Below are positions 37,226 to 46,490 of a stretch of DNA of 64,000 nucleotides, piece after piece (within the stretch, counting starts at the first letter, position 1; every line of letters begins with the position of its first letter). Both the position numbers and the translations under genes were made by a program. The DNA comes from a virus. Below the pieces are notes generated by a model. The model was given only the letters and a program-made list of their open reading frames with translations, was not told the DNA's origin and did not search any database. The DNA is taken from positions 26,979 through 90,978 of IMG/VR virus record IMGVR_UViG_3300044641_010328. One strand, given 5' to 3'.

Positions 37226-38178
37226 TCGGCACCAATGTGATTCATTGAATAGAACATGTTGTCAATGTCAAAATTTCTAATTCCAATTGATTGTGCTTCC
37301 CGCATGAATCCTATCTTATCACGCCGAGGGGCCCATTTTTCATTCGTAAACTTAATCTTTTCGATCTGTTGCGGAGGTATCGAGGATGAATCAAGGTAGA
37401 CAAGCTTCCAGTTTCGCCTGATTAGATCCTCTGATTCGCAGATCGAGTCAAAGATCTTCACCTTGCCAGTCCTTCGCTGGTCTGACAAAGAGATGAAATC
37501 ATCAACCAGCACATCTCCGGGAGCACCTAGCTCTGGAAATCTCTTTGCCAGTGTCTTGAATCCAACGCCCTGGACGCCAGGAATGTTGTCTGAGTCATCT
37601 CCGCAGACAGACTTTGCGAGTGCAAAGTTATTCGGATGTATGCTAAATTTGGATATCACCTCATCCGTGTCCACGATCTTCTTCCATGTCGGCGAGTAGA
37701 TGATTGAGTTATCACGGATGAGTTGATAGTAATCTTTGTCAGCAGACAAGATGATATGCAGACATTCCGGGTGCATATAGCGACAGATGTACGCAATAAC
37801 GTCGTCTGCTTCACAATCCTGCCCATACATCTGTACGATAGGCAGGTGATTTAGCAGCTTCACTATTGCGACAATCTGGCTATTGCGATCAGACACAGTC
37901 TGAGGAATGTCATCCTCGTAATACCTGTTTAGTTTCTCTGGTCTTCGGTGAGACTTATAGCCTGGATAGAGGGAACGTCTGCTTGCAGATCCTCCGCTTT
38001 CCCAGACGACATAGATCCGCTTGGGTCTAAATCTTGTGCTAAGAGATCGAAGCTCTCCTAAAAACCCGACAACACCACCCAGGTGATTACCGTTCACACC
38101 CATTGCTGGGTGTGCAACGAAGTGACGAGTAAAAAGGTTGAGAGCATCGACCATTAAGATCGACGCCTCTCCTTTCAT
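37222..38178 (-). CDS. 5'-3' exonuclease / flap endonuclease
   Basis: VDALN, YK..R, EADD, SADKDY and GDDSDNIPGV.GVG motifs. Confidence 0.92.
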   Translation of the reverse strand: MKGEASILMVDALNLFTRHFVAHPAMGVNGNHLGGVVGFLGELRSLSTRFRPKRIYVVWESGGSASRRSLYPGYKSHRRPEKLNRYYEDDIPQTVSDRNSQIVAIVKLLNHLPIVQMYGQDCEADDVIAYICRYMHPECLHIILSADKDYYQLIRDNSIIYSPTWKKIVDTDEVISKFSIHPNNFALAKSVCGDDSDNIPGVQGVGFKTLAKRFPELGAPGDVLVDDFISLSDQRRTGKVKIFDSICESEDLIRRNWKLVYLDSSSIPPQQIEKIKFTNEKWAPRRDKIGFMREAQSIGIRNFDIDNMFYSMNHIGAE

Positions 38179-39329
38179 TCGTCTGCTGTCTCCTCAGGAT
38201 CATCAGATCCTGCGATCTCTTCTCCTGTTCGGGTCAGAACGACATCAATCAGAGATTCAAGGTATGTCTTGTAATCTGGGTTCTCTAGCAGCTCATTGAA
38301 CTCTGCCTTGTGGAACTTCTTTTCAATGATTACCTTCCCGTCAAGATCTTTGACTGAGAATGTCTTCCAGGCTGTTGCGCCCTCGACACAGACGACCTTT
38401 CCGTCGATGGTTCTCTCACCTGCATCTCGAAGTACGTCAAAGACCTCCTCGTGCTCCACAATTCCCTTTCCAAAATGAATCTGGAAATTAGCCATTCGGA
38501 AGGGAGGTGCGACCTTGTTCTTGACAGTCTTCGCTGAGACGTTGATGCCGATAATATCGCCGTTCTTGTTCTGAATCTGCTGACCTGCACCTAGCTTGAT
38601 TCGGACTGACGCGTGGAACGGGATAGCCATTCCTCCTGGTACAGTCGTTGGATCTCCGTGAAGGACACCAATCTTTGTACGCGTCTGATTTAGACAGACC
38701 ATGAGAACTGACTGATCGCCAATGACACCCGTGATCTTGCGCATACCCTTTGAGATCGCTCGGGCCTGAAGTCCGATGCTCTCCTTGTCGTAGTCTCCAA
38801 GGAGCTCAGCCTTTGGAGACGAAGCTGCGACTGAGTCCCAGATGATTGTGATCGGAACGTCTTTCTGCATCGCCTTCGCCTTGACAATCGTCTTCTCAGC
38901 AACGTCAAACACCTCCTCAGTGCAGTGTGTATCGACATAGACAAATCGCTTTGATACGTCTACTCCGAGTGCACCAAGATTCTCAACAGACGTTGCATTC
39001 TCAGTGTCGATGTACACAACGATGCCTCCCATCTTTTGAGTGGAACGAGCAATCTGTGTCGCGATGTGACTCTTTCCGATCGAGGGTGGGCCGAAGATCT
39101 CCACGATTCGACCCTCGGGCAGGCCTCCGTTGAACCTGTTTGAGACAATGTAGTCTAGAAGCGTTGAACCAGTTGAGATCCAGCGCTTGACATGCGTAGG
39201 AGACTCATCTTCGGACAGATTGTAAGCAATTCGAGATCCGTGTTCCTTGTTCAGCGATGAGATTAGCTCTGAGGTAAAATCTCCAGAAGCGTCCTCTCCC
39301 CTTCCCTTTTCCTTTGAGATTCTTGCCAT
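38175..39329 (-). CDS. recA: RecA/UvsX recombinase
   Basis: ISTG, GPPSIGKS, IDTE, DSVAA, NQTR and GG.A..F.ASVR motifs; start after AGGAG (track start 39365). Confidence 0.95.
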   Translation of the reverse strand: MARISKEKGRGEDASGDFTSELISSLNKEHGSRIAYNLSEDESPTHVKRWISTGSTLLDYIVSNRFNGGLPEGRIVEIFGPPSIGKSHIATQIARSTQKMGGIVVYIDTENATSVENLGALGVDVSKRFVYVDTHCTEEVFDVAEKTIVKAKAMQKDVPITIIWDSVAASSPKAELLGDYDKESIGLQARAISKGMRKITGVIGDQSVLMVCLNQTRTKIGVLHGDPTTVPGGMAIPFHASVRIKLGAGQQIQNKNGDIIGINVSAKTVKNKVAPPFRMANFQIHFGKGIVEHEEVFDVLRDAGERTIDGKVVCVEGATAWKTFSVKDLDGKVIIEKKFHKAEFNELLENPDYKTYLESLIDVVLTRTGEEIAGSDDPEETADE

Positions 39330-39392
39330 TTTTTCTCCTTTATAAACAGTACGGGCCCGGAGCATGATTTATACCCCGAGCCCGAAGAACTA

Positions 39393-40211
39393 TCAAGAGT
39401 CGATTAGATCATTGAAAGCATCATCAAGTGACTTGAAAGTCTTCTTGGATGTATTTGCAGGCGTCTTGGCCGGAGGAGGAGAATCATCCTCATCAGCAAC
39501 TGCAGCAACCTTGCTATCAGATCCGCCGCGCTGCGTGCCATCAGACTCAGTCGGCATGCCACCCTCAACCCAGTCATTCACGATCTTCGAGAGCTCATCG
39601 TAAGACTTGAGTTCAAACATCTTGTTGACGTCTGGGATGTTGTCAATCCACTGCTTTGCAGTGGCTGTATTAGGAGCAAGAGTGCTAGCCTTGCCGCGAG
39701 GCATCACCTCAGTCTCAGCAAACTTCTTGCCCTGCGGCTTGTAGCACTTGACCTTCACATCGCGACCGCTCTCGGGATCGGTGATGTCACCGTAATCCTC
39801 GTCGAGCATGATGCCGAGAAGCGCCTGGTAGACCTGCTTTCCGAAGCCCCAGATCTGGACGCCCTTGTCCTCCTCGCCGCGTACCACGACAGCAGCATAG
39901 CAGCGCATCTTCGGGTAGAGCTTCTTGGCAAGCTCGTAGGAATCCTTGGTGCCCTCAGCACGGAGCTTTGTGATTAGCTCCTGGATCGGATCAGGCTTAC
40001 CGAACTGGTTCGGTGTAAGAAGGCCTGGGTTGTTGCCGATGTTGTAATAGAACCAGAGCTCCTTGAAGGGCTGGCCGTCGTTGTTTGGGAAGGAGAGAAG
40101 TCGAACAGTGTACTCTTCTCCTTCCTTCGGCTTCCAGGAGGTAGAGGACTTCTTCGTGTTTCCAGAAAGGTTGTCGAGACGCTTGCGAATAGCGTCGAAG
40201 TTAATTGCCAT
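39393..40211 (-). CDS. single-stranded DNA-binding protein (gp32-like)
   Basis: WKP..VRLL, YGDITDP..GRD and an acidic LDDAFNDL tail; lies next to recA. Confidence 0.85.
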   Translation of the reverse strand: MAINFDAIRKRLDNLSGNTKKSSTSWKPKEGEEYTVRLLSFPNNDGQPFKELWFYYNIGNNPGLLTPNQFGKPDPIQELITKLRAEGTKDSYELAKKLYPKMRCYAAVVVRGEEDKGVQIWGFGKQVYQALLGIMLDEDYGDITDPESGRDVKVKCYKPQGKKFAETEVMPRGKASTLAPNTATAKQWIDNIPDVNKMFELKSYDELSKIVNDWVEGGMPTESDGTQRGGSDSKVAAVADEDDSPPPAKTPANTSKKTFKSLDDAFNDLIDS

Positions 40212-40326
40212 TTTTTCTTTCCTTTAATGTTTAATGTGCAACTTACAAATTTTAAGTCTCTAGAGAATTCTAGTGGCTTGTCGTTGTAAGCTCACACCCC
40301 AATCATAGACTGGGGAGCGAGAGTTT

Positions 40327-41679
40327 TCATGGTTTTGGCTTAGAATTTTTTACTGGATCAACCAGGTATTCACTTCCGGCAGCCTTTGCCATGGTAGAGT
40401 AAAATTTCTTTGGATCCTTGGGACCTTGCATGGGACCAGTGTATCCTGCAACACCGGCTGTCGTGCTCATCTCGTTAGCACGAAGCTTCTTGCGACGCTT
40501 GCGCTCAGCAAGAACGTCTGGGAACGGAGCTGCGGAGACCCCAACCATGTAAGAGGATATGGAAGTGTGAGCAAGCGCAAGGTTTCCAATGAAATTTGAA
40601 ACCAAGTTCATCTTTCCAAGCGTCTCCTCAGTGAGACCAAAAAGCTTTCCAAGAGACCTCAGAGTCTCCTCAGCTTCCCTGATTGCCTGGTTATACTGCG
40701 ATGAGAATGTCATAAGCGCATCGACTATCTTCTCGCCTGTCGGGTCAGCACTGGGCCCAAGCCCTGAGATTGTAACTAGCGCAACGTCTATAACAGTGTC
40801 AACCAGCGCTAGTCCCGGGACTAGATCCAGCGGGATGCTCGTGATAAGATTCGACAGGAAGCTATAGCACTTCATTGCAATCTTTATTGTCATATCCTGG
40901 ATAACAGCCCTGTCAGCATTTGATGGAATGCTCAGAGCCTCAAACTTTGCTTCATTTTTTGCAGGATCCTCAAGCATGTCAATATCAGCACCAAGCTTAT
41001 TGAACATACCTGTTAGCGTGGCAGCAGACTCTTCTATGTTCTTAAAATCTTGAAATGCGTGATACCCGTAGTAGACGTCTCCAGCAGTTCTGACAAACGG
41101 AGCGATTACGCTCAATCCTGTCATTACCTTGCTCATGAAGCCGTCCTGCTTCTCTTCTTCCGGAGGCGCTGTGAGAACCGGGCTGTCTGTAGAGACCTGG
41201 GCTCCAATAGCCGCAAGCTTTTGACGAGTATCCTCGGATCCTCGCTTCAAGAAGTCAACAATGTCTGAGTTTGGTATGTTTTCAACAAACTCATTGAGCA
41301 CCTTCTCATACAGACGAGCTCTCATGTGAATTTCATCATCATCTCCGCGTAGAGATTCTGATATTGGTGTTGTGTTTAGAAAGTGTCTCATGTTATTTAT
41401 CTTTCTAGGTAAATATCTTCTGTCTGATACTTTTTTATCCACAATTGCGTTGATGTTCACCTGATCATCAGGAAGCTCTTCATCGACATTGTGTCGTCCC
41501 ATTGAGATCGATGCCATCGTGTCTGCTGAGGTGCTCATGCCGCCGGTCGACCGAAAGGGCTTCGGGACGAAAGGTCTTGCAAGGCGCGAAAGCGAAGTAT
41601 CTGCACCACCAAATCCGCCTGCGGCTGATGGTGCAGTAAATCTTCCTGATCTTTGGGTTCCGTCTGGTTTTCTGCTCAC
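40327..41679 (-). CDS. hypothetical protein with hydrophobic helices
   Basis: 450 aa ORF, GTG start; C-terminal EMSTTAGVAGY. Confidence 0.75.
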   Translation of the reverse strand: MSRKPDGTQRSGRFTAPSAAGGFGGADTSLSRLARPFVPKPFRSTGGMSTSADTMASISMGRHNVDEELPDDQVNINAIVDKKVSDRRYLPRKINNMRHFLNTTPISESLRGDDDEIHMRARLYEKVLNEFVENIPNSDIVDFLKRGSEDTRQKLAAIGAQVSTDSPVLTAPPEEEKQDGFMSKVMTGLSVIAPFVRTAGDVYYGYHAFQDFKNIEESAATLTGMFNKLGADIDMLEDPAKNEAKFEALSIPSNADRAVIQDMTIKIAMKCYSFLSNLITSIPLDLVPGLALVDTVIDVALVTISGLGPSADPTGEKIVDALMTFSSQYNQAIREAEETLRSLGKLFGLTEETLGKMNLVSNFIGNLALAHTSISSYMVGVSAAPFPDVLAERKRRKKLRANEMSTTAGVAGYTGPMQGPKDPKKFYSTMAKAAGSEYLVDPVKNSKPKP

Positions 41680-41683
41680 TTAT

Positions 41684-42280
41684 CTAATTATCACACGGCC
41701 CACAAACATCCTGCATACTAGTGATTCGTATTGCAGTCTGCAAGAGCGTCATGAGAGGTGACTCATTTCCGACATAGAACTTGTTCTCGTCGTACGCGCT
41801 TGACTGCGCAACAATTGCCATCCATTCATCCTGCGTAAGCGCCACACCCGCAGATTGCAGCATGTAGAGACCCCTGTGCGTGTGAGTCATGCGCTTGATG
41901 TCTGGGTTGTACACGTAATTGATACCCCTCTCAATGTGCCAGGAAGAAGTCTGTGGAAGGAAAAAGTCTCCTGTCTCATCCCCCATTCTTCCAATGTCAT
42001 GCAGCAGAGACACAATGATAACAGACTCAATTGAGATTTCTAGGCTCGAAAAAGCTGCCATGTTGCAAAGATCTCTTGCGTTTGCAAATGTCTGGAGGCT
42101 TCTCTTAACGAGTCCTCCCGGCGCAGCGGATCTCTTGTTAGATCGATCATGGCCTGGAGCGGTAGCAATTCTGTCGCCGTATTCGTCTAGAAATTTTTCA
42201 ATTCTATCCTTGCGACTTGACACCTTTAGCAGGATCTTTCTAAACTTCTCAAAATTTTCAATAATCTCTGATTCACTCAC
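41684..42280 (-). CDS. HD-domain-like protein (degenerate)
   Basis: AP....GGL..(R)SL and LLHDIGR motifs. Confidence 0.7.
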   Translation of the reverse strand: MSESEIIENFEKFRKILLKVSSRKDRIEKFLDEYGDRIATAPGHDRSNKRSAAPGGLVKRSLQTFANARDLCNMAAFSSLEISIESVIIVSLLHDIGRMGDETGDFFLPQTSSWHIERGINYVYNPDIKRMTHTHRGLYMLQSAGVALTQDEWMAIVAQSSAYDENKFYVGNESPLMTLLQTAIRITSMQDVCGPCDN

Positions 42281-43406
42281 CGCTAAATCTCCTTATTTTT
42301 ACTGGAAGAAATTGATCAATTATTTTCACAAAAAGCCCATCTTTACACACCTTTTCAAGGTGAGACAAATAGCTGTTTTTGACATCAATTACGAGAGCAT
42401 CGTGAATCAGGTAGACGGGCTTTGCAAAATCCCGATCAACGCTGTCTAGCAGCCAGCTGAATCCATGACAAGCAACATCAACTGCTGATGATTGCACGTG
42501 GTGGCTTATTCTTGCGTTTGTGTCTCCTAGCGGACGTCCAAAAGCGTTTGCAAATGAGTCCATGCCCTTGAGCTTGTCATCTAGCTCTGCAACCCTTAAA
42601 AGCGCGCGAACCGACTGATATACAGATATCGCATCAGGAATGTCCTGATATCTCAAAGCAAAATTCCTTTGTGACATGCCGTAGATCGCAGCTAGGGTCG
42701 CCTCCTTGATCACGCTTCTTCCGACGCTTGCAGCACCCGATTTCGAAGATATCCACTCGTATGTGTCTCCTTGGCCAACGTTGAGGCCTGATATCCACGC
42801 GAGAACACGCGCTTCAAGCGCATTGAAATCGACCTCGACGAGAGTTCCATCATCCCATCTTGAAACAATATTTCGACGCAAATCCTTCTGGAGTGTTAAG
42901 ATCTTAGGTCCCGCAACAATGCTCATTCTTCCGGTAGATGAATGAGCATTGTCATACTCAGGCACCCTGACAAATCCCTTTTCATCAGGAATGAAATCAT
43001 GCGACACAAGCTCATCATTTGAGACTCTTCCCTGAACTAATCTGTCAATCAGGCCCTGCTGAACCTGGAAGTGAGTTAAAAAGTATTGTGTCCGTTCTTT
43101 TGTGAGAAAGTTGACTGTCGACTCAACTTGCTGCGTCAGGAACTTAGTGTAGTCTTTCTTTGAGAGTATTCTAGACCACGCAGGATTGTCTGTGTGCTTC
43201 ATCCAGAACGCAGCCTGTGGTACATCAGGGTGAAGAACAATCTGTTCTCCAGCAGCTTCTGACGCTGCTAGGACACATCCTTTTCTTACAGCTCTCGGTC
43301 GCAAGAACCAGTCGCAGTCATCTGCAGATCCAGTCTCAATTTTTTCATCGTGCCACACGAAGCTGGCAGTTGAACCTGTGATTCTTGAATCAAAAAATAT
43401 ACGCAC
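42273..43406 (-). CDS. minimal family-A DNA polymerase domain protein
   Basis: TGRMS, motif A VDFNALEAR, motif B R...K.....YG, QSSA.D and motif C IHDA. Confidence 0.8.
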   Translation of the reverse strand: MRIFFDSRITGSTASFVWHDEKIETGSADDCDWFLRPRAVRKGCVLAASEAAGEQIVLHPDVPQAAFWMKHTDNPAWSRILSKKDYTKFLTQQVESTVNFLTKERTQYFLTHFQVQQGLIDRLVQGRVSNDELVSHDFIPDEKGFVRVPEYDNAHSSTGRMSIVAGPKILTLQKDLRRNIVSRWDDGTLVEVDFNALEARVLAWISGLNVGQGDTYEWISSKSGAASVGRSVIKEATLAAIYGMSQRNFALRYQDIPDAISVYQSVRALLRVAELDDKLKGMDSFANAFGRPLGDTNARISHHVQSSAVDVACHGFSWLLDSVDRDFAKPVYLIHDALVIDVKNSYLSHLEKVCKDGLFVKIIDQFLPVKIRRFSGE

Positions 43407-43437
43407 ACGTTATTATTCATGATTAAGAGCAGATTTA

Positions 43438-46188
43438 TCAACTGCCCGTAACTGTCTTCTTGAGCTCGTCTAGCTGTCTGGCAACTGATCTCATTGTTGC
43501 ATTGTTCGTAGGAATAAGAGTGGCTGAGGTTGTAAAAGATCCGGGACGAATGGAGTGAGATACACTCTGCACTGTGTATGAGTTGTCAAGCGTTGTCCCT
43601 GTCCCAAAGTCTACACAGTATGTCTGCCCTCTTGTGATGCAAGTATTTCCCGCCATGCTTAGCGTGATAGACGAAGGAATCACAAGAACATCATCGACCA
43701 GGTTTGCTGCTGAGCTGGCACCCGTGCTGGATCCCTGGGAGGAGTCCTGGAGGGCAGATAACAGATACCCCGAGCCTACATCAGACGCTGCTTGTGAACT
43801 ATATGATGCATTGGTCACCAGAGACCCTTCTGCCCCGATTAAGAGGTTTGGATATAGATTCATTGCAATCTGGCGTGCTACGTTCTTGTCCCTTAGAACA
43901 AGAGTTGCAAGATCTGGCGCACCTGGCTGTGTTTTTGATTTCTCAATAATTGTAAAAATGCTTGTGTCTACGTCACTTTCACTGAGCACCTTTGCAAATC
44001 CGTTCGAATTAATCATTGAAAAAATAATATTTCCAAGCTTATTGAAGCCGCCAGATCTATCATCGTAGATTACAATTCTTACTATCTTTTTGTCAAGAAT
44101 ATTGTTGCTTCTATCGTATGCATCAAGTGTATCAATTGTGCTTTTTACTCGAGGAGGAACAAACGCTGCATCAACGAAATTTATCTTCTTTCTCTTCAAT
44201 ATTCCTGAATTTCTAGCCTCGATCAGGGCCTCTGCATTTTTCATTGATTGGGCAATTGCCGCATCAAGCGCTTCAGAATCAGTCGATGTAGATTCGTTGA
44301 TGGTCTTGATAGCTTCATCCCGCTTTTGGAGAAGTGCAGCCATTCCAAAGAAATTTGATGCAGGATTGTTCACCTGCTTTAATATTGTCGAGAGTGCTGT
44401 CTCAGCGGAGGACCTTGCAGTGATGCCAGGTCCGTTTTTCTCCTTCTGAACAAGATCAGAAAGATATATTGGAAAATTTCCAATGTTCTCCTCAGCCATC
44501 TCACCGCACGCAGAGTTGAAGGAAAAGCAGTGTATCCGAACCTCTGCGACGTCAGGCTGACTAATCAATATTGGCTTAGCGACAAGCTGCGCTATTGCAT
44601 CATAAAGCGGAATGAGAGTCGGAGGAGATTCATTTGGAAAAGGCTCACCAAGTGCCGCGCTGACGTCACCCACAAATGCCCTAAGTGCTTCAGGAATGAA
44701 TACCTTGTGGTTGAACGTTCCAATACTACCGTACTCTGTTGCATCCGATTTGACAAAATTGACAGCAGCGCTTAACTCATCTGCGACTGCCTGGGGCTCT
44801 AGCTCTTGGACGTCTGTATTATTGAGCTTTCCTATAAGCTCGTTGAGTTTTGTTTGATCAATGATAGAATTTCTCGTAGAGATGCTCCTAATGTAATCAT
44901 ACAGGCTGTAGAAGTCCTCTGCCTTGACAAATCTGCTAGCAGAGGAAGCGTCAGATGTTGACATCTGAATTGTGGTGCCAACCCGAGTAAACTGCCTTGT
45001 TGATGAAGCATCATCAGTCCTTGATTTCTTTATGTTGATCAGCTGCTTGGCAAGCGTGAGCACCATTGCGTAAGGAACGAATCGACCGTTTGCAGACAAG
45101 ACCTTTGCAGACTTAGACACGAATGATCCCGTAGAAATCAAAGAGACAGAAATTGACATGCTGGTCGCGTCTCTCGTTGATAGCGAGACATTTTGTATTG
45201 CAAAGTTTTGAGTCACTCTCATCGCATTTAGGAGCTTCGCAAAAACGTTTCCGGTCATCTTATTGTTATCAGGATGCGACCATCCGTAGGTAATTCTAAA
45301 GTTTGTCGTGGGAAAAATCTCTGCAGACACAAGGGGCTCAATATCAGACAGCCTTGACCGATCATGAAGAATCATTTTGAGGTCAACTTTTGTCTGCGCA
45401 TAAAGGGAGCCTCCAACTCCCGTTTGCTGTATGTTTGCGCTCTCTATTGTCAAGAGAGGAACCAGCGGATCCAGTATTGTGACTCCTCTGTCGCTGATTG
45501 CGCTTGCAGCGTTCATGTTTGCTGTTGAATCAGCAAGCGTTTGGGGCATTGAAAATATTTCCATGCCCGCGACGTCAAATCCAAACTTTGTAGTCATGTC
45601 TGACGCGATGTATCCGCTCGTAATTCCTGCTGCCAGGCTAGACTCTACGCTCATGGGACGAAATCCCAAGAATCTCAGTGCGCTAAGCTGACCATTCCCA
45701 GCAGCGTCTTGTGGGTATGTAATTCTGACGTCAAAGTAGGGTGCACACAGGGACATCTCTATGGGCGGAATCATGCTGCAAAACAGCGCAGATATGTCTG
45801 TCAGAGAAGTGCTGTAGTCAACCTTTGATTGCGCTGCGTGCTGAACTAGTGAGATCGACTTTTTGCTCGCTCCTTCTCCATTTGCAGGTCTCATGCTAGA
45901 AAATGGATCAATTTTTTCCATTCTAAGCTTCGCATCTATGGTGCCTAGCGGACCCACGAGTGCCAGAGCTGTGTCGGCATCGGGAATTGGTTCTGAATTT
46001 CCAAGAAGCTTTTCGCAGACTCTGGCATCTTCAGTTGTTGATCCCCCAGCTGCCGCTGTGACAGCCACTTTTGCATCGAGCAAGTCCGACAGAGATGCAA
46101 ATGAAGCATAGGATAATATGCTATTTGCAGACTCTCTAAGCTCAGTATATGTTGAAATATTTTCTGGTAGTTGAGAAATTCCAGCCAT
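43438..46188 (-). CDS. baseplate/tail structural protein (hub-like)
   Basis: 916 aa; YGWS and C-terminal G.......Y.V..V.H.I..G.F.T; lies in the tail cluster. Confidence 0.7.
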   Translation of the reverse strand: MAGISQLPENISTYTELRESANSILSYASFASLSDLLDAKVAVTAAAGGSTTEDARVCEKLLGNSEPIPDADTALALVGPLGTIDAKLRMEKIDPFSSMRPANGEGASKKSISLVQHAAQSKVDYSTSLTDISALFCSMIPPIEMSLCAPYFDVRITYPQDAAGNGQLSALRFLGFRPMSVESSLAAGITSGYIASDMTTKFGFDVAGMEIFSMPQTLADSTANMNAASAISDRGVTILDPLVPLLTIESANIQQTGVGGSLYAQTKVDLKMILHDRSRLSDIEPLVSAEIFPTTNFRITYGWSHPDNNKMTGNVFAKLLNAMRVTQNFAIQNVSLSTRDATSMSISVSLISTGSFVSKSAKVLSANGRFVPYAMVLTLAKQLINIKKSRTDDASSTRQFTRVGTTIQMSTSDASSASRFVKAEDFYSLYDYIRSISTRNSIIDQTKLNELIGKLNNTDVQELEPQAVADELSAAVNFVKSDATEYGSIGTFNHKVFIPEALRAFVGDVSAALGEPFPNESPPTLIPLYDAIAQLVAKPILISQPDVAEVRIHCFSFNSACGEMAEENIGNFPIYLSDLVQKEKNGPGITARSSAETALSTILKQVNNPASNFFGMAALLQKRDEAIKTINESTSTDSEALDAAIAQSMKNAEALIEARNSGILKRKKINFVDAAFVPPRVKSTIDTLDAYDRSNNILDKKIVRIVIYDDRSGGFNKLGNIIFSMINSNGFAKVLSESDVDTSIFTIIEKSKTQPGAPDLATLVLRDKNVARQIAMNLYPNLLIGAEGSLVTNASYSSQAASDVGSGYLLSALQDSSQGSSTGASSAANLVDDVLVIPSSITLSMAGNTCITRGQTYCVDFGTGTTLDNSYTVQSVSHSIRPGSFTTSATLIPTNNATMRSVARQLDELKKTVTGS

Positions 46189-46193
46189 GCCCG

Positions 46194-46487
46194 CTACCTC
46201 AACAGTGAGTAGACCTGATTTAGGTCATTTGGAACTCTAAGGACTGTTCCCGCTGGGCACTGTGCTGCCCATCCAACACCAGATGCAGCTGCTATTACCC
46301 ACCAAAGAGTTGAATCTCCGTAGGTTGTTGCAGCTATGTGATCCAGCCGCTGCTTTTCTGAGAGAGTTAGCACATTGTATCCTATTTGATTATTTTGTGC
46401 GGCAAAATACAGTCTTGAAGAAATGTCGGTTGTCGCTATGCGAGTCCCGTCAAGCCTTCTCACAAATGCGTATCTACTTGTTGCCAT
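46194..46487 (-). CDS. baseplate wedge protein (LysM/gp53-like)
   Basis: SRY..RLD.IA...YGD..LWWVIA.....G..LRVP pattern. Confidence 0.8.
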   Translation of the reverse strand: MATSRYAFVRRLDGTRIATTDISSRLYFAAQNNQIGYNVLTLSEKQRLDHIAATTYGDSTLWWVIAAASGVGWAAQCPAGTVLRVPNDLNQVYSLLR

Positions 46488-46490
46488 TCA

